Assembly (NCBI GenBank): GCA_965216875.1
Contig: OZ244207.1
Coordinates: 5,440,001 to 5,504,000 of the forward strand
Origin: Rubripirellula sp.
GTDB lineage: Bacteria > Planctomycetota > Planctomycetia > Pirellulales > Pirellulaceae
Length of the DNA: 64,000 nucleotides
Direction of reading: 5' to 3'
Both the position numbers and the translations under genes were made by a program. Of this stretch, positions 1-9,487 are shown piece by piece (position 1 is the stretch's first letter; every line of letters begins with the position of its first letter). The notes under the pieces are model-generated. The model was not told the origin of the DNA. It saw nothing but the letters and a program-made list of their open reading frames with translations, and did not search any database.

Positions 1-6
1 GCATTA

Positions 7-34
7 ATACAACATAAGGGGCATTATCGGACGT
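7..34 (-). other. dif: dif-like XerC/XerD recombination site
   Basis: Minus strand reads ACGTCCGATAA-TGCCCC-TTATGTTGTAT (11-6-11). The right arm matches the E. coli XerD arm TTATGTTAAAT at 9/11, and the inner ATAA/TTAT symmetry is intact. Confidence 0.65.
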
Positions 35-260
35 TGCTGAGAGGGCGAAATCGACTGTGCTGGGCGTCCCCAGCCGTGCGGCGCCCATTGTTGCGAGCCA
101 TGATCACGTCAGCGAACGAGCTTTCACATGCCACTTCATGAGCGGTGATTTTGCTTCTGCGTCCGCACCATCGCTCGCCGTAGAGAGGCCGGGTTTTGTG
201 ACAGTCTTTTGCTCCGCCAAAGCTGGCCTGGCGGACGCTGCTTTCCCCGGTTTGTGAACG

Positions 261-285
261 CTGCTTTCGCGGAGCGAAAGGCGAC
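261..285 (-). repeat. REP-like palindrome, GTCGCCTTTCGCTCCGCGAAAG family
   Basis: Reverse copy of the motif at 1301-1328 and 28633-28698. Confidence 0.7.
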
Positions 286-710
286 TATCAAAGACTGACT
301 CCAGTCGGCTCCGGTAGGCCCCGTCCACACACATTTCACTTCCAAACAGCTTCCTAAAAAATACTGTGGCGAGCTCGCTGAACTCGTCGGAACTCTCCCT
401 GAGAGCACTCGCGTGTCGACTGGCTCACATCGCCGACCAGCCTTCTCGCGACCGTTGCCACAAATGCTGCGAATGTGCAATTTCCGATCACTTGGTTCAA
501 TCGAACCAAACCGACCTGAATCCCGGATCGTTTTTTGCATCAAAACACTTCCCGAACCCCTTACGATTCAGTTTCGCCTGCTCCCATTCTTTCGCCCCAG
601 CGCAAGAACCGCTATCGCGTGCACTTCCAAGACTGCCGCAGCTGTGATCTTTTTGACAGCAACAGATCGCCACCGCCCTATTCGTAGCTCACCGGTAACT
701 GGTAGTGCCT

Positions 711-742
711 GAAGATTCCGGCTGAAGCTCGGTACTACAAAC
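711..742 (-). repeat. GTAG-type REP (GTAGTACCGAGCTTYAGCCGGAATCTTC family)
   Basis: Reverse complement matches copies at ~3967, ~57299 and ~57500. Confidence 0.75.
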
Positions 743-753
743 GGTAGATTTCC

Positions 754-1245
754 TTGACCTTGTCACCAAAACCAACACCGGGACTCAAGTGGCCCAAGGG
801 TTACGACCAAGCGTGCGAGAGCCCTTCGGATTGGCCGCAATACGTGTTCGAGTTTGCCATGATCGGCGAAGACCCTCGCGGAGGCGGCGATTCGACATGG
901 CTGTATTACTTCCACCAACCACTCCTTCGCTGGTTGCAGAGAGTTGGAGCACCTCCGAAAGCCTTCGCTAACAATCCCATTCGGATTCGGCGTCAAGAGC
1001 TTCGCTGGCAGATTGGCGAACCGAAGAACAGCTTCCGAATTATGCGAGAATCGATCGAGCGTTTTTTCGATCAGGGATTCGCCCGATACGGAGTGAGGTT
1101 GATGCAATCGTATGCCGAGCATATGTACTGGGCTTCAAAGGCCGATCAGCATCACAACCAATTCAACATCAATACTTGGATGCAAAAACAACACGAACTC
1201 ATTCAATCGCATCTCAACGTTGATCGCCGCGCAGATGCTTTCTAG
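754..1245 (+). CDS. hypothetical protein
   Basis: 163-aa ORF with protein-like aromatic-rich composition, bounded by REP copies. No recognised motif; start uncertain. Confidence 0.55.
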   Translation: MTLSPKPTPGLKWPKGYDQACESPSDWPQYVFEFAMIGEDPRGGGDSTWLYYFHQPLLRWLQRVGAPPKAFANNPIRIRRQELRWQIGEPKNSFRIMRESIERFFDQGFARYGVRLMQSYAEHMYWASKADQHHNQFNINTWMQKQHELIQSHLNVDRRADAF

Positions 1246-1300
1246 CGTTTGATCGCCAACTCCCCTGCCCTACTCCATTCGCCTGACGTCCCTTGCCCAT

Positions 1301-1328
1301 TGTCGCCTTTCGCTCCGCGAAAGTAGCG
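1301..1328 (+). repeat. REP-like palindrome TGTCGCCTTTCGCTCCGCGAAAGTAGCG
   Basis: Identical to 28633-28660. Confidence 0.75.
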
Positions 1329-1786
1329 CCCGAACAGTGCCGCCTCCCGCATCAGACCGCTTTCGCCCATTTCGTTTCTTCCGCGGTTATCAAGCCTGAC
1401 GCTGAAGCCACCACGCGCGGCCTTGGCCTTCACACATGTCCAAGAGATGACGAACCGCGAAAAAGACGAAATCAGCGAAACAAATGGAATGAGCATCTCT
1501 TTAATGCGCGAGCAGCACATACCTTCAAAAGCTGATTAGCAGGTCGCGCTGCGCACGAAGATGGCATTAGAATGGAGCGCGCATTAATAGAGCATCAACC
1601 GTTATCCGACAGTAGGCAAATCGAATGGACATTCGAGAGGCAATTCGACTAGCAAAGGAAGCCAACGCTACTTCGCTAAAACTCTCCAGCGTTTCTGAAG
1701 ATGACATCGAATTGCTCAAAACCATCGCAAGCTCGAGAGCGGTGGTGGTTAACGAATCCTGAAACAACCTCTCCTCCCATCACCCA

Positions 1787-2386
1787 GTGATTCCGCGCAT
1801 GGCAGACTTGCGGCATTATGACGACTGGCTCACGCTACCCGAAGATGCGCGAGAGCATTTCCACCGCGCTTGGGACGTCTATTCTCACGAGATGTTCTGG
1901 GTGCCCATGTGTGCCGCCAGTCGGTTAGCTGCCCAGACACATGTGCCAGTAATCGATCTTTATGCCGGAATCTGGCATGGCGGCGAATACGTTCTTCATT
2001 TGACAGTTCCCAAAGCATCCCTTCCCTCCCTTCCGCGGCCACTTGAACAGACATTTGAAGGCTTCCGAGTCATTTGGGTCGGTGACACGGCAGACGTCGC
2101 ATCGCCAAACCGATTCTATGGCACCTGGCATTCATCAGGTGACTTTGGCTCTTTTCAAATCACCGTTGCCGATAGCGCCGAAGGATTGCATGTCGAATGC
2201 ATTGACACAGTAAGCGGCCAGGTACATGACGTGATGTCCCCATCGGTGCATTTGGATCAACTGAGCTTCACAAGTCGCTCGGACGAACGATGTCTATTCC
2301 ACACGCTGGACCTCGACACTGGCGACAAGTTCAATCACCGGATTACTCGGTGCCAAGTTGCTCGACACATCCGCGACGAATCGTAG
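1787..2386 (+). CDS. hypothetical protein
   Basis: 199-aa ORF with protein-like composition; alternative ATG at 1799. Confidence 0.6.
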   Translation: MIPRMADLRHYDDWLTLPEDAREHFHRAWDVYSHEMFWVPMCAASRLAAQTHVPVIDLYAGIWHGGEYVLHLTVPKASLPSLPRPLEQTFEGFRVIWVGDTADVASPNRFYGTWHSSGDFGSFQITVADSAEGLHVECIDTVSGQVHDVMSPSVHLDQLSFTSRSDERCLFHTLDLDTGDKFNHRITRCQVARHIRDES

Positions 2387-2571
2387 CGATGGGTTACAAC
2401 AGAGACAGCGAGCCGACGCTTTTGCCCCTATCGATATTCCATGGCTGATCATGCAACTTTTCCGTTCGAAACAGCGTGGCCCCACATCCCTTTGAAGGGC
2501 TTTCGAGATGGGGACACCTACACGAGCTTTAGCAAATGCTAATGCTAATGCCTTGTGGCCTTGCAGGCAGA

Positions 2572-2862
2572 TTACCAGAGATCGAATTCTATCAGTTTTG
2601 TGTCTGGATGGACTTCATTCTGGTCCCATCCTGTCGTTTCGGAAACAATTCTTCGAACTGTGAGACTGACCTCAGGATGTACCTCCGGAATCAGTTCACA
2701 AAACTCTTGATCTGAGATTGTTGGCTGCTTACTGATCTGATTTCGAAGTTCATCCATGTACATCTCAGCTTTTACCGTCGCATAGCAAACGAAAATAACC
2801 ACAGCCACTAAGCCGGTGAGAAGGATCAGAAGAAAGATAGCCATCAGATTATCGTCTCCCAA
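2572..2862 (-). CDS. small membrane-anchored hypothetical protein
   Basis: N-terminal hydrophobic helix (IFLLILLTGLVAVVIFVCYA) followed by a small acidic domain. Confidence 0.6.
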   Translation of the reverse strand: MGDDNLMAIFLLILLTGLVAVVIFVCYATVKAEMYMDELRNQISKQPTISDQEFCELIPEVHPEVSLTVRRIVSETTGWDQNEVHPDTKLIEFDLW

Positions 2863-3253
2863 GTTCGGATAAGAGCACGGATCACCGGGAATGCTAGACT
2901 CAGCGATATCTCAATCCACCAATGGTATTGCCGGGAGGCCTCGCAGGCAATTCCGCTGATGGTTCGCGGGTTCTTCGGTTGGTCTGGGCCTGACGGAGCT
3001 GGCGACGGTTCACGCAGTGTTTCGCTCGCCTGGTTCGCGTGTGCCTTCGGTCGCGTGCTTAGGCGAGCGGGTTCACGCCCAATGTTCCTCACGGCGCGAT
3101 GCTCGTCGGTGCAGTCGTCTTGTTCTATGTGATCAGGCAATGGGGCTAGGCGGCATCGTGAGCCAGGTGGTCGCGCGACCGATGTAGAATGTTGACCCCT
3201 GCTCGCCCGGTCACTCATTCATCAAGACAATCTCCTTTTGGATTCGAAGACGT

Positions 3254-3637
3254 ATGTCAGCATCGAGTAAGCTTTCGACCATCCATCAAATTGCGATCAC
3301 CGTGAGTGACGTTGAATCGGCTGTCGCGTTCTACAACGGTGTCCTTGGATTGGACCTCTTGTTTCGAGCGGGACCCAATCTCGCGTTCCTCGACGCTGAT
3401 GGCGTCCGCATCATGCTGACAACGCCACAGGGCGCGGGCACGGTCGGCGCCAACTCGATCTTGTATTTTCGTGTGCAGGATATCGTTGCGGTACATGCAG
3501 CACTCGTGGAACAGGGAGCCACGAGCGAACGTGCACCTGAGCTTGCCGCCAAAATGCCAGACCACGAACTCTGGTCTGGATTCCTCCGTGACCCCGACGG
3601 GAATCTCGTCGGACTGATGGAAGAGAAACGCGAATAG
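3254..3637 (+). CDS. VOC/glyoxalase family protein
   Basis: QIAITVSDVESAVAFY...LGL and FLRDPDGNLVGLME motifs. Confidence 0.9.
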   Translation: MSASSKLSTIHQIAITVSDVESAVAFYNGVLGLDLLFRAGPNLAFLDADGVRIMLTTPQGAGTVGANSILYFRVQDIVAVHAALVEQGATSERAPELAAKMPDHELWSGFLRDPDGNLVGLMEEKRE

Positions 3638-3862
3638 CCAACCATCGATCGAGACGCTCGCTCGCCTTTCCCCTACCCTGCCCCGTGCGTGATGACGTTA
3701 TGACCGCCGCGAGATGTTGAAGAGAAAAGGGACACCGCGAATGATGTCGCCATCCGATTTACCGAAGGATGGGTGGTCAGTTGCATGCGACGAGGTTGTC
3801 CTGTGAGCCGTGATCGCGCGAACGGCCGGGCGATTCACTCGTTTCCCCATAGCGCGAACGCT

Positions 3863-4087
3863 CGTCATGCGGAGCATGACCTACGAAGAGGACGCGGAGC
3901 GTCCGAAGAGTGCGTTACCACGCGGAGCGGGGTAACGAGGCATGCTAGAGAATAGTGGCCGGTTCGTAGTACCGAGCTTTAGCCGGAATCTTCTCGCATT
4001 CCGCCCAGCGGCGAGACTACAAACGGTACGATGCACGAACCACCTTCTGGCGAAGGTAGCTACGCAATGCCAAAGGCCCGACGCTAG
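3863..4087. repeat. mosaic REP cluster (left of IS)
   Basis: Contains CGTCATGCGGAGCATGACCTAC, GGACGCGGAGCGTCC..CGTTACCACGCGGAGCG(G)GGTAACGAG, GTAGTACCGAGCTTTAGCCGG, CCACCTTCTGGCGAAGGTAGCTAC and the left half of AAGGCCCGACGCTAG. All recur elsewhere in the window. Confidence 0.85.
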
Positions 4088-5764
4088 CCCGAATTATTCA
4101 TGGGTTTTGAGATTTTGAGTTGCTGGGGTGATCGAGGTTGTTTTTCGGGGGCTGTGCCGAAGTCGGCGCGGAGGGCCCCTTACCCCAATGACCTGATTGG
4201 CCACGAGCGACTAGCGAGCGCTTCGATGGGGGCGATTAGTCGCTGGCATGGTAGGCCGCCAGTGCGACACTGACTCGGTGTAGGTGTCGCCAGTGAGGCC
4301 AAGAAGTTGGAACGAGAAGACGCACCTTGCGGCTAAGCAGTTCCACTCGCGCTGCCACTTTCACGACCAGTTTTCGCCAAGTCATCGCTTGCCCGCGACC
4401 CAATGGATCGTGTCGGCGATTGCGACTTCGGTGACGCTGCTTTTGAGGTGTTGGCAACGCCTCGAATGGAAGGTGGGTTGACGGATCGACCGGTTCATCC
4501 AGTGGGCTCGCAACGATCCTCCGTAGTCTCGCCAGCAAGTTGTAAGAGACACAGTGCAACATCATCCGGAACAGATTCGCCATGTAGCGGTGGTCGCTCA
4601 GGCGGTCAGCGCAGAGGTCCACACTCAATTCTTTGTTTCGGTTTTCACTTTCGCCCCGATCCCCATACTCTTGATAGACTCCGTCGGGGTATTGCTCGGC
4701 GCCTGGACGATTGGTCACCACGACACGTCGGTTGGTTCCTTCGCTGGTCACTTCACATTTAAAGACCAAGTCACGTTCCCGTTTCCAGGTTCCAGCTTGA
4801 TGTTTGCGGTGCATGAACCGACACTGCTCCTGTCCGGACGACTCGAATGCCAACTCGGCAACACACTTCAATTCGTCCGTAAATCTCCGCATTAACCGGT
4901 CCATTTGGTAACCGATGCTATACGTCACTCCGGAGCGAGATTCCAGTGCCTCGTAGATGTAGGGTGTGGCGAAGCCGTTGTCGGCTCGCACATGCACCCG
5001 AACATCCGGGAACTTCTGACGCAACGCGTCGATGATTCGAAGCAGGTCATCGTCTGCGGCCAATGCAACATTGGCCGTCCCATACAGCAAAACAGGGAGA
5101 ACCACCTGTTGGTTTTCAGCACAAGTGATCACACGCTCCTGGTACATGTGCTGACGGTAAAACCCGTTGAAGAAGGTTAGTTGCTGGGCGCCGTGCGTGG
5201 CGTCGGCAAAGGTGTCGATATCAAGGGTGACCTCGGAGGGTGGCTCGTCAAACGACTCGACGAATGCCTTGATGAACCAGTCCTCCAGAGCCAGCAGATC
5301 TCTCGGGGTGATCCCATTTTCAATTCTGGAGATGGTGGGCTGACTCGCCAAATCCCCCTCTTGAACCGTACGCCCAGCGATCAACTTGAAGATAGGATCC
5401 GAGCGCAACGTGTCGTGATCGTCTTGGTCTTCGTAGCCAGCGATGATTCCAAAAACGCGCTGTCGAATAACGCTCAAGTGAGAATGAGTCGGCTTGCGTC
5501 TGACTTCGCCGATGCAATTAGAAAACGATTCAGTCAGCCCGAGCTTATCGTCGAGTTCGCGGAACACCACGAGGCCACCATCGCAACTGACATGTTCGTC
5601 AACTTGCCGAACTTCAATCGTTCGCCCCGGGAAAAAGTCGAACAACGCTGGCTGTAAATCGTGTACCATTGGGGCGAGCCTTTTTGTGGGTCGTAAGTTG
5701 ATGTCAGATACCAACTTGGACGCACGAAAGGCTCTTTTCGTTCAACTCTGATGAATAATTCGGG
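4088..5764 (-). mobile_element. IS1380-family insertion sequence, complete
   Basis: Perfect 14-bp terminal IRs CCCGAATTATTCAT (4088-4101) and ATGAATAATTCGGG (5751-5764); CTAG direct repeat at 4084-4087 and 5765-5768; single transposase ORF. Confidence 0.93.
4236..5669 (-). CDS. IS1380-family DDE transposase
   Basis: Motifs SCDGG, GYED, LASQPTISRIEN, LDID..D..HG.Q, VRADNGF, Y..RGESENRNKE. ATG at 5669 preferred; ORF open to a TTG at 5714. Confidence 0.92.
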   Translation of the reverse strand: MVHDLQPALFDFFPGRTIEVRQVDEHVSCDGGLVVFRELDDKLGLTESFSNCIGEVRRKPTHSHLSVIRQRVFGIIAGYEDQDDHDTLRSDPIFKLIAGRTVQEGDLASQPTISRIENGITPRDLLALEDWFIKAFVESFDEPPSEVTLDIDTFADATHGAQQLTFFNGFYRQHMYQERVITCAENQQVVLPVLLYGTANVALAADDDLLRIIDALRQKFPDVRVHVRADNGFATPYIYEALESRSGVTYSIGYQMDRLMRRFTDELKCVAELAFESSGQEQCRFMHRKHQAGTWKRERDLVFKCEVTSEGTNRRVVVTNRPGAEQYPDGVYQEYGDRGESENRNKELSVDLCADRLSDHRYMANLFRMMLHCVSYNLLARLRRIVASPLDEPVDPSTHLPFEALPTPQKQRHRSRNRRHDPLGRGQAMTWRKLVVKVAARVELLSRKVRLLVPTSWPHWRHLHRVSVALAAYHASD

Positions 5765-5863
5765 CTAGCGCGTTCGGCTCACGGGCTGGGACGTGGAGCG
5801 CCCGAAGAGTGGCCAATCATCGCGAGATGCGGAACCGCCAGCGAAACGAAAGAAGCGAAAAAC

Positions 5864-6274
5864 ATGATGCCAAAGTACTTGGGGGCAATTTTGGGCGTCT
5901 GCGTCTTGTCGGTGCTCATTCTCGTACTGATGCGTAGTGAGTCGGAGATTGAATTACGACTAAAGCGTGACCTCAATCTCTCGAGTGTCTGGACGGTGAG
6001 CTTGGTTGAAAAAACATCATTTCCGTCGACGAACAACCGGGAAACTCGAGAAGAAGCGTTGTTCGTAAAGTCTGCTGGGCGGAAGCACGTGCTCGCACTC
6101 GCATACCGAAATCCAGACTCTCCGAACGCGAATGAGTCTCGGTGGAGAATCGCCGAAACAAGCATCATGTCCGATGACGGCCGAGACGAGTGGATTTGCC
6201 ACGAACGTGCATTTTACTACTTCCCGTCGAGAGCAGAGATCGAGCAATTCCGTACTGATGCGCCCTGGTATTGA
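5864..6274 (+). CDS. hypothetical membrane-anchored protein
   Basis: 136 aa with an N-terminal hydrophobic helix. Confidence 0.6.
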   Translation: MMPKYLGAILGVCVLSVLILVLMRSESEIELRLKRDLNLSSVWTVSLVEKTSFPSTNNRETREEALFVKSAGRKHVLALAYRNPDSPNANESRWRIAETSIMSDDGRDEWICHERAFYYFPSRAEIEQFRTDAPWY

Positions 6275-6378
6275 TTGTCCCCTAGTTGATCCGCGTGTGT
6301 TCGCTGTGCAGACGTGCGTCGGATTGTGGATACCGTAGAGATACCGGCGGCTTGCTGCTTGCTGCTCGATAGGTGCCA

Positions 6379-6457
6379 GTGAGTCGCCGTGAGGGCTCGT
6401 TCCTTTGCGTTTCGCAATCGAGTGTAAGGCCCGGCCGCTTACGCGATCGCGGCTCAC
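6379..6457 (-). repeat. REP-like pair, GTGAGCCGCGATCGCGTAAGCGGCCGG family
   Basis: Reverse copy of the motif at 10198-10223 and 57258-57285. Confidence 0.7.
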
Positions 6458-6519
6458 TTGTGGTGCGTGCTGGTCGAATTGCATACCGGCGGCTCGTGCC
6501 TTGCCGCTCATTGGCTGTG

Positions 6520-7536
6520 TCAGGCTCCGCGTCGCTCGGCGACGACTCGGTTGCCGCCGAGGCCTTTGGCTTCGTAGAGAAGCTTGTCGGCTCGTTCGTA
6601 GAGGCTCTTTTCGTCGTCGGTAGCTCGCAGCACAGCGAGGCCAACCGAGATGGTTGCCACTCCGAGTAGGTCCCCCGATTCAACCATGGTCAATTTCTCT
6701 GAAGCCATTGCGGAGCGAATTCGCTCAACCATCTCCTCCGCCTGATGACTACCTTCCGATCGCAAGAACACCGCGAACTCGTCGCCGCCAAGACGCGCGT
6801 GCTCGGCTTCGGGAATCAGAGCTTTGAGGCGTGTTGCGACATGTTTGATGACCAGATCGCCAACCTCGTGCCCAAACGAGTCGTTGACCGCTTTGAGCTT
6901 GTCCATGTCCAAGAGCGCTAGAAACACATCTCGCTCGGAAGCCTCTGGAGCTCGCAAGAGCTGACGCAAGACGGTGTCAAAGTAGCGACGATTCCCGATA
7001 CCCGTCAGCGGATCGATCATCATCGCGCGCTGAGACTCGGCGAGCAATTGACGTAGATCTCGAACGGTCGTCGTCATGCCGTCGAGCGCAAGGGCTGACT
7101 GCTGGAGCTCCGATTTCATCTCGGCCGTCGCCGCCAACAACTCGCCAATGCACTCAGCGAGTTCTTCCGAACTGAGTCCATCGCTGATCGACTTGACGGC
7201 GTCGCTGAGTGTATCGGTATAGGTACCGCCGGCGTCCTTCTGCCGATTCACCACCAACTGCAAACTCACCAACTCGCATGTCAGTGTCGTTTGAACGTCG
7301 GCGATCGACTCATTTACTTTCACACAATGTTGTTCATGAAGCGAATGTAAATAGTCACCGTCGATCGTCCGCCCCTGATCGATGGCAACATCGAGGGCTT
7401 CGACCAAGGCCTCGTTCTCTCGCTGCGAGTATCGGTACCAGACCTCATAGATTTCTGGCGTCGCTGGCGTTTGAAACCGCGCGATGAGTTGAAGGACTTC
7501 CTGAACAACGCGAACTCCTTCCGTTTGACCGTCCAA
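6520..7536 (-). CDS. diguanylate cyclase (GGDEF)
   Basis: DPLTGIGNRR, D.D.LK.VNDSFGHEVGD, RLGGDEF; N-terminal P.TPE.YEVWY.Y helical region and coiled coil. Confidence 0.93.
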   Translation of the reverse strand: MDGQTEGVRVVQEVLQLIARFQTPATPEIYEVWYRYSQRENEALVEALDVAIDQGRTIDGDYLHSLHEQHCVKVNESIADVQTTLTCELVSLQLVVNRQKDAGGTYTDTLSDAVKSISDGLSSEELAECIGELLAATAEMKSELQQSALALDGMTTTVRDLRQLLAESQRAMMIDPLTGIGNRRYFDTVLRQLLRAPEASERDVFLALLDMDKLKAVNDSFGHEVGDLVIKHVATRLKALIPEAEHARLGGDEFAVFLRSEGSHQAEEMVERIRSAMASEKLTMVESGDLLGVATISVGLAVLRATDDEKSLYERADKLLYEAKGLGGNRVVAERRGA

Positions 7537-7791
7537 ATCTTCACCTCACCTCGCGTCCTTGGGCATTGACCGCGGCGATCCGGACCAACATCGGCCCGCG
7601 CTCTGGTGAGCGTCGCTGCGACGGATTGTAGACTCACACAAGTTGCAACTCCCGCAATCTCGACGCGAAGTCTATCCCAAGTACCGCCTCATCAAAACAT
7701 CGAAAAAATCAGCCGACACAGGAAACTCGGTTCAACTTTGGCACAGCGTGATTCCTGGGGGCTCGCTCTCAGGCAGTTGCAAAATGCTGGG

Positions 7792-9306
7792 CTAGTCGTT
7801 GCGGCGAACTTCGTTGCGGTTTTCCGACGTCAGGAGTGTGATCTTTTCTTCGGTAGAGCCGTCGGCTTTCTTGACGGTGAGAGTGACATGCCAATTCGGA
7901 TTGTGCCCCATCTTGGCGAGCGTCTCGACGAAGTCTTCGGCGAAGCGTTTTTTGGCTTTACTCCCGAATTCGTCGTTCGCAAATTGCATGACCTTTTCGA
8001 TCGGATGACCATCGACGGCAAGGAGTGGATACCAACTGCCTTCGATCTCAATCGTTGGTCGATCGTTCTCCCAGCGGACTCCGGTAAAGGGCGCAACTTT
8101 GGCATAGTTGCCATCGGCGACCAAACGTTTGGCTGCCTCTGGACTGTACAAATCTAGAAAGACCGGGCCAAGCGTCTTCTCGATGTGCTTAACGATCTTG
8201 TCCAAATCACCGTTACTCGAATTGTCGAGCACGACGAAACAACAATCGCTTTCGGGATAGCGAGCGATGAACGTTCTCGCTCCTAGCCAAGAACCATTGT
8301 GCCAATGCCGATCCTCTTCAACGATCCAACCGAATCCGTAGTTCGACACCGAACCGCCACTCAATTCGACGGGACTCAACGCCTCACCCAACAGGTCGCT
8401 CGAAACGATCGCGTTACCGTTCCAGAATCGATGCCAGATGACAAAGTCGTGCAGGCTGCAAAAAACGGCGCCGTCGCCAGCGACACCGTCAATCCACGTC
8501 GGCGACAACTCCGTGCGGCTGGCATTGAATTGTTTGAAGTCACTCGACTGGTTCGCTGACCGATCCTTTGACAACAGGTTCCAAACGCGTGTGTCTTTCA
8601 TCCCAAGCGGCACGAACAATTCTTGTTGCATGAATCGTTCAAAACTCGTCTCCGACGCCGACTCGATAATCCCGGCGAGCAACACGTAGTTTGTGTTGCT
8701 GTACTCCATTTTGCTTCCCGGCTCGAATTCTTGTTCGCCGTACTTGGCTAGCAGTTCGACCACCTCTTGAATCGACAACACGTCTCCAATGTCGTCGCGA
8801 TGTTTGCGACCAAGCCGCATGTAGGCGTCGCCAATTCCGGAAGTTTGGTTGAGCAGATGGCGGATGGTCACTTCGTCCGTAAAAAACCCTTCGAAGTGTT
8901 TTGAAAGTGGGTCGTCGAGAGAGAGCTTGCCCATCTCGGCCAGTCGCAGAACGCCGGCAGCGGTGAATTGTTTTGAAACCGATGCAAGGCGAAACGATGA
9001 ATGATCGTCCAACTTGGCCTTGGCCGTATGATCGGTGAAGCCGCAGGTCTTCGAAAGCAACACTTCGTCACCGCGCACGACGAGGACACCACCGTTGAAG
9101 CGGTGGTTGGAAAACTGCTGGTCCAGCCATTGGCTGACCGCAGCGATCCGCTCGGCTTCGGTCGCTTGCGAGGTCACCTTGACTGGCGTCACCGCTGGGC
9201 GAGAATCGACGAAGTGGCGACGTCCCAATTCGACCAGCAACAGCGATCCGACAAGCATCGTGAAGACCGATGCAAATACAACTAACCACAATGTCTTCTT
9301 GAGCAT
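7792..9306 (-). CDS. serine hydrolase, beta-lactamase/PBP-like (AmpC-type) with C-terminal extension
   Basis: FRLASVSK (SxxK), YSN, HNG; N-terminal membrane anchor. Confidence 0.9.
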   Translation of the reverse strand: MLKKTLWLVVFASVFTMLVGSLLLVELGRRHFVDSRPAVTPVKVTSQATEAERIAAVSQWLDQQFSNHRFNGGVLVVRGDEVLLSKTCGFTDHTAKAKLDDHSSFRLASVSKQFTAAGVLRLAEMGKLSLDDPLSKHFEGFFTDEVTIRHLLNQTSGIGDAYMRLGRKHRDDIGDVLSIQEVVELLAKYGEQEFEPGSKMEYSNTNYVLLAGIIESASETSFERFMQQELFVPLGMKDTRVWNLLSKDRSANQSSDFKQFNASRTELSPTWIDGVAGDGAVFCSLHDFVIWHRFWNGNAIVSSDLLGEALSPVELSGGSVSNYGFGWIVEEDRHWHNGSWLGARTFIARYPESDCCFVVLDNSSNGDLDKIVKHIEKTLGPVFLDLYSPEAAKRLVADGNYAKVAPFTGVRWENDRPTIEIEGSWYPLLAVDGHPIEKVMQFANDEFGSKAKKRFAEDFVETLAKMGHNPNWHVTLTVKKADGSTEEKITLLTSENRNEVRRND

Positions 9307-9411
9307 CTTTTCATCCCAATCTTACAGAGTCCCCTGCCCTGCTCTCTCTAACGACATCCTCGTTGTCAGCATAGTCGATTCTTCTCGGTGGCATTTCTTG
9401 AAGAGAAGAAT

Positions 9412-9443
9412 GGAACCACGAATGATGCGAATCACGCGAATGG
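9412..9443 (+). repeat. 9-bp periodic repeat GGAACCACGAAT(N4CGAAT)2
   Basis: Related copies at 10071-10102 (+) and 43361-43392 (-). Confidence 0.7.
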
Positions 9444-9487
9444 GTCTGGTATGGTTGCGATAGAATGCGAATGAAAGTGCAAATCCG

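Noticed and set aside
1625..1762. Short plus-strand ORF MDIREAIRLAKEANA..
   Set aside because: Only ~45 codons, no clear RBS or family; possibly a remnant but unsupported.
2535..2552. AATGCT x3 microsatellite
   Set aside because: Short, intergenic and plausible by chance.
2844..3218. 124-aa minus-strand ORF
   Set aside because: Low-complexity R/P/S composition and no motif; cannot be supported, although a short real gene is not excluded.
754..3637. Possible integron cassette array
   Set aside because: No attC-like paired R''/R' structures or integrase seen, and gene orientation is mixed.
4082..5770. 20-bp terminal inverted repeats for the IS
   Set aside because: The outer 6 bp belong to the palindromic target (CGCTAGCG), as the empty sites show; the true IR is 14 bp.
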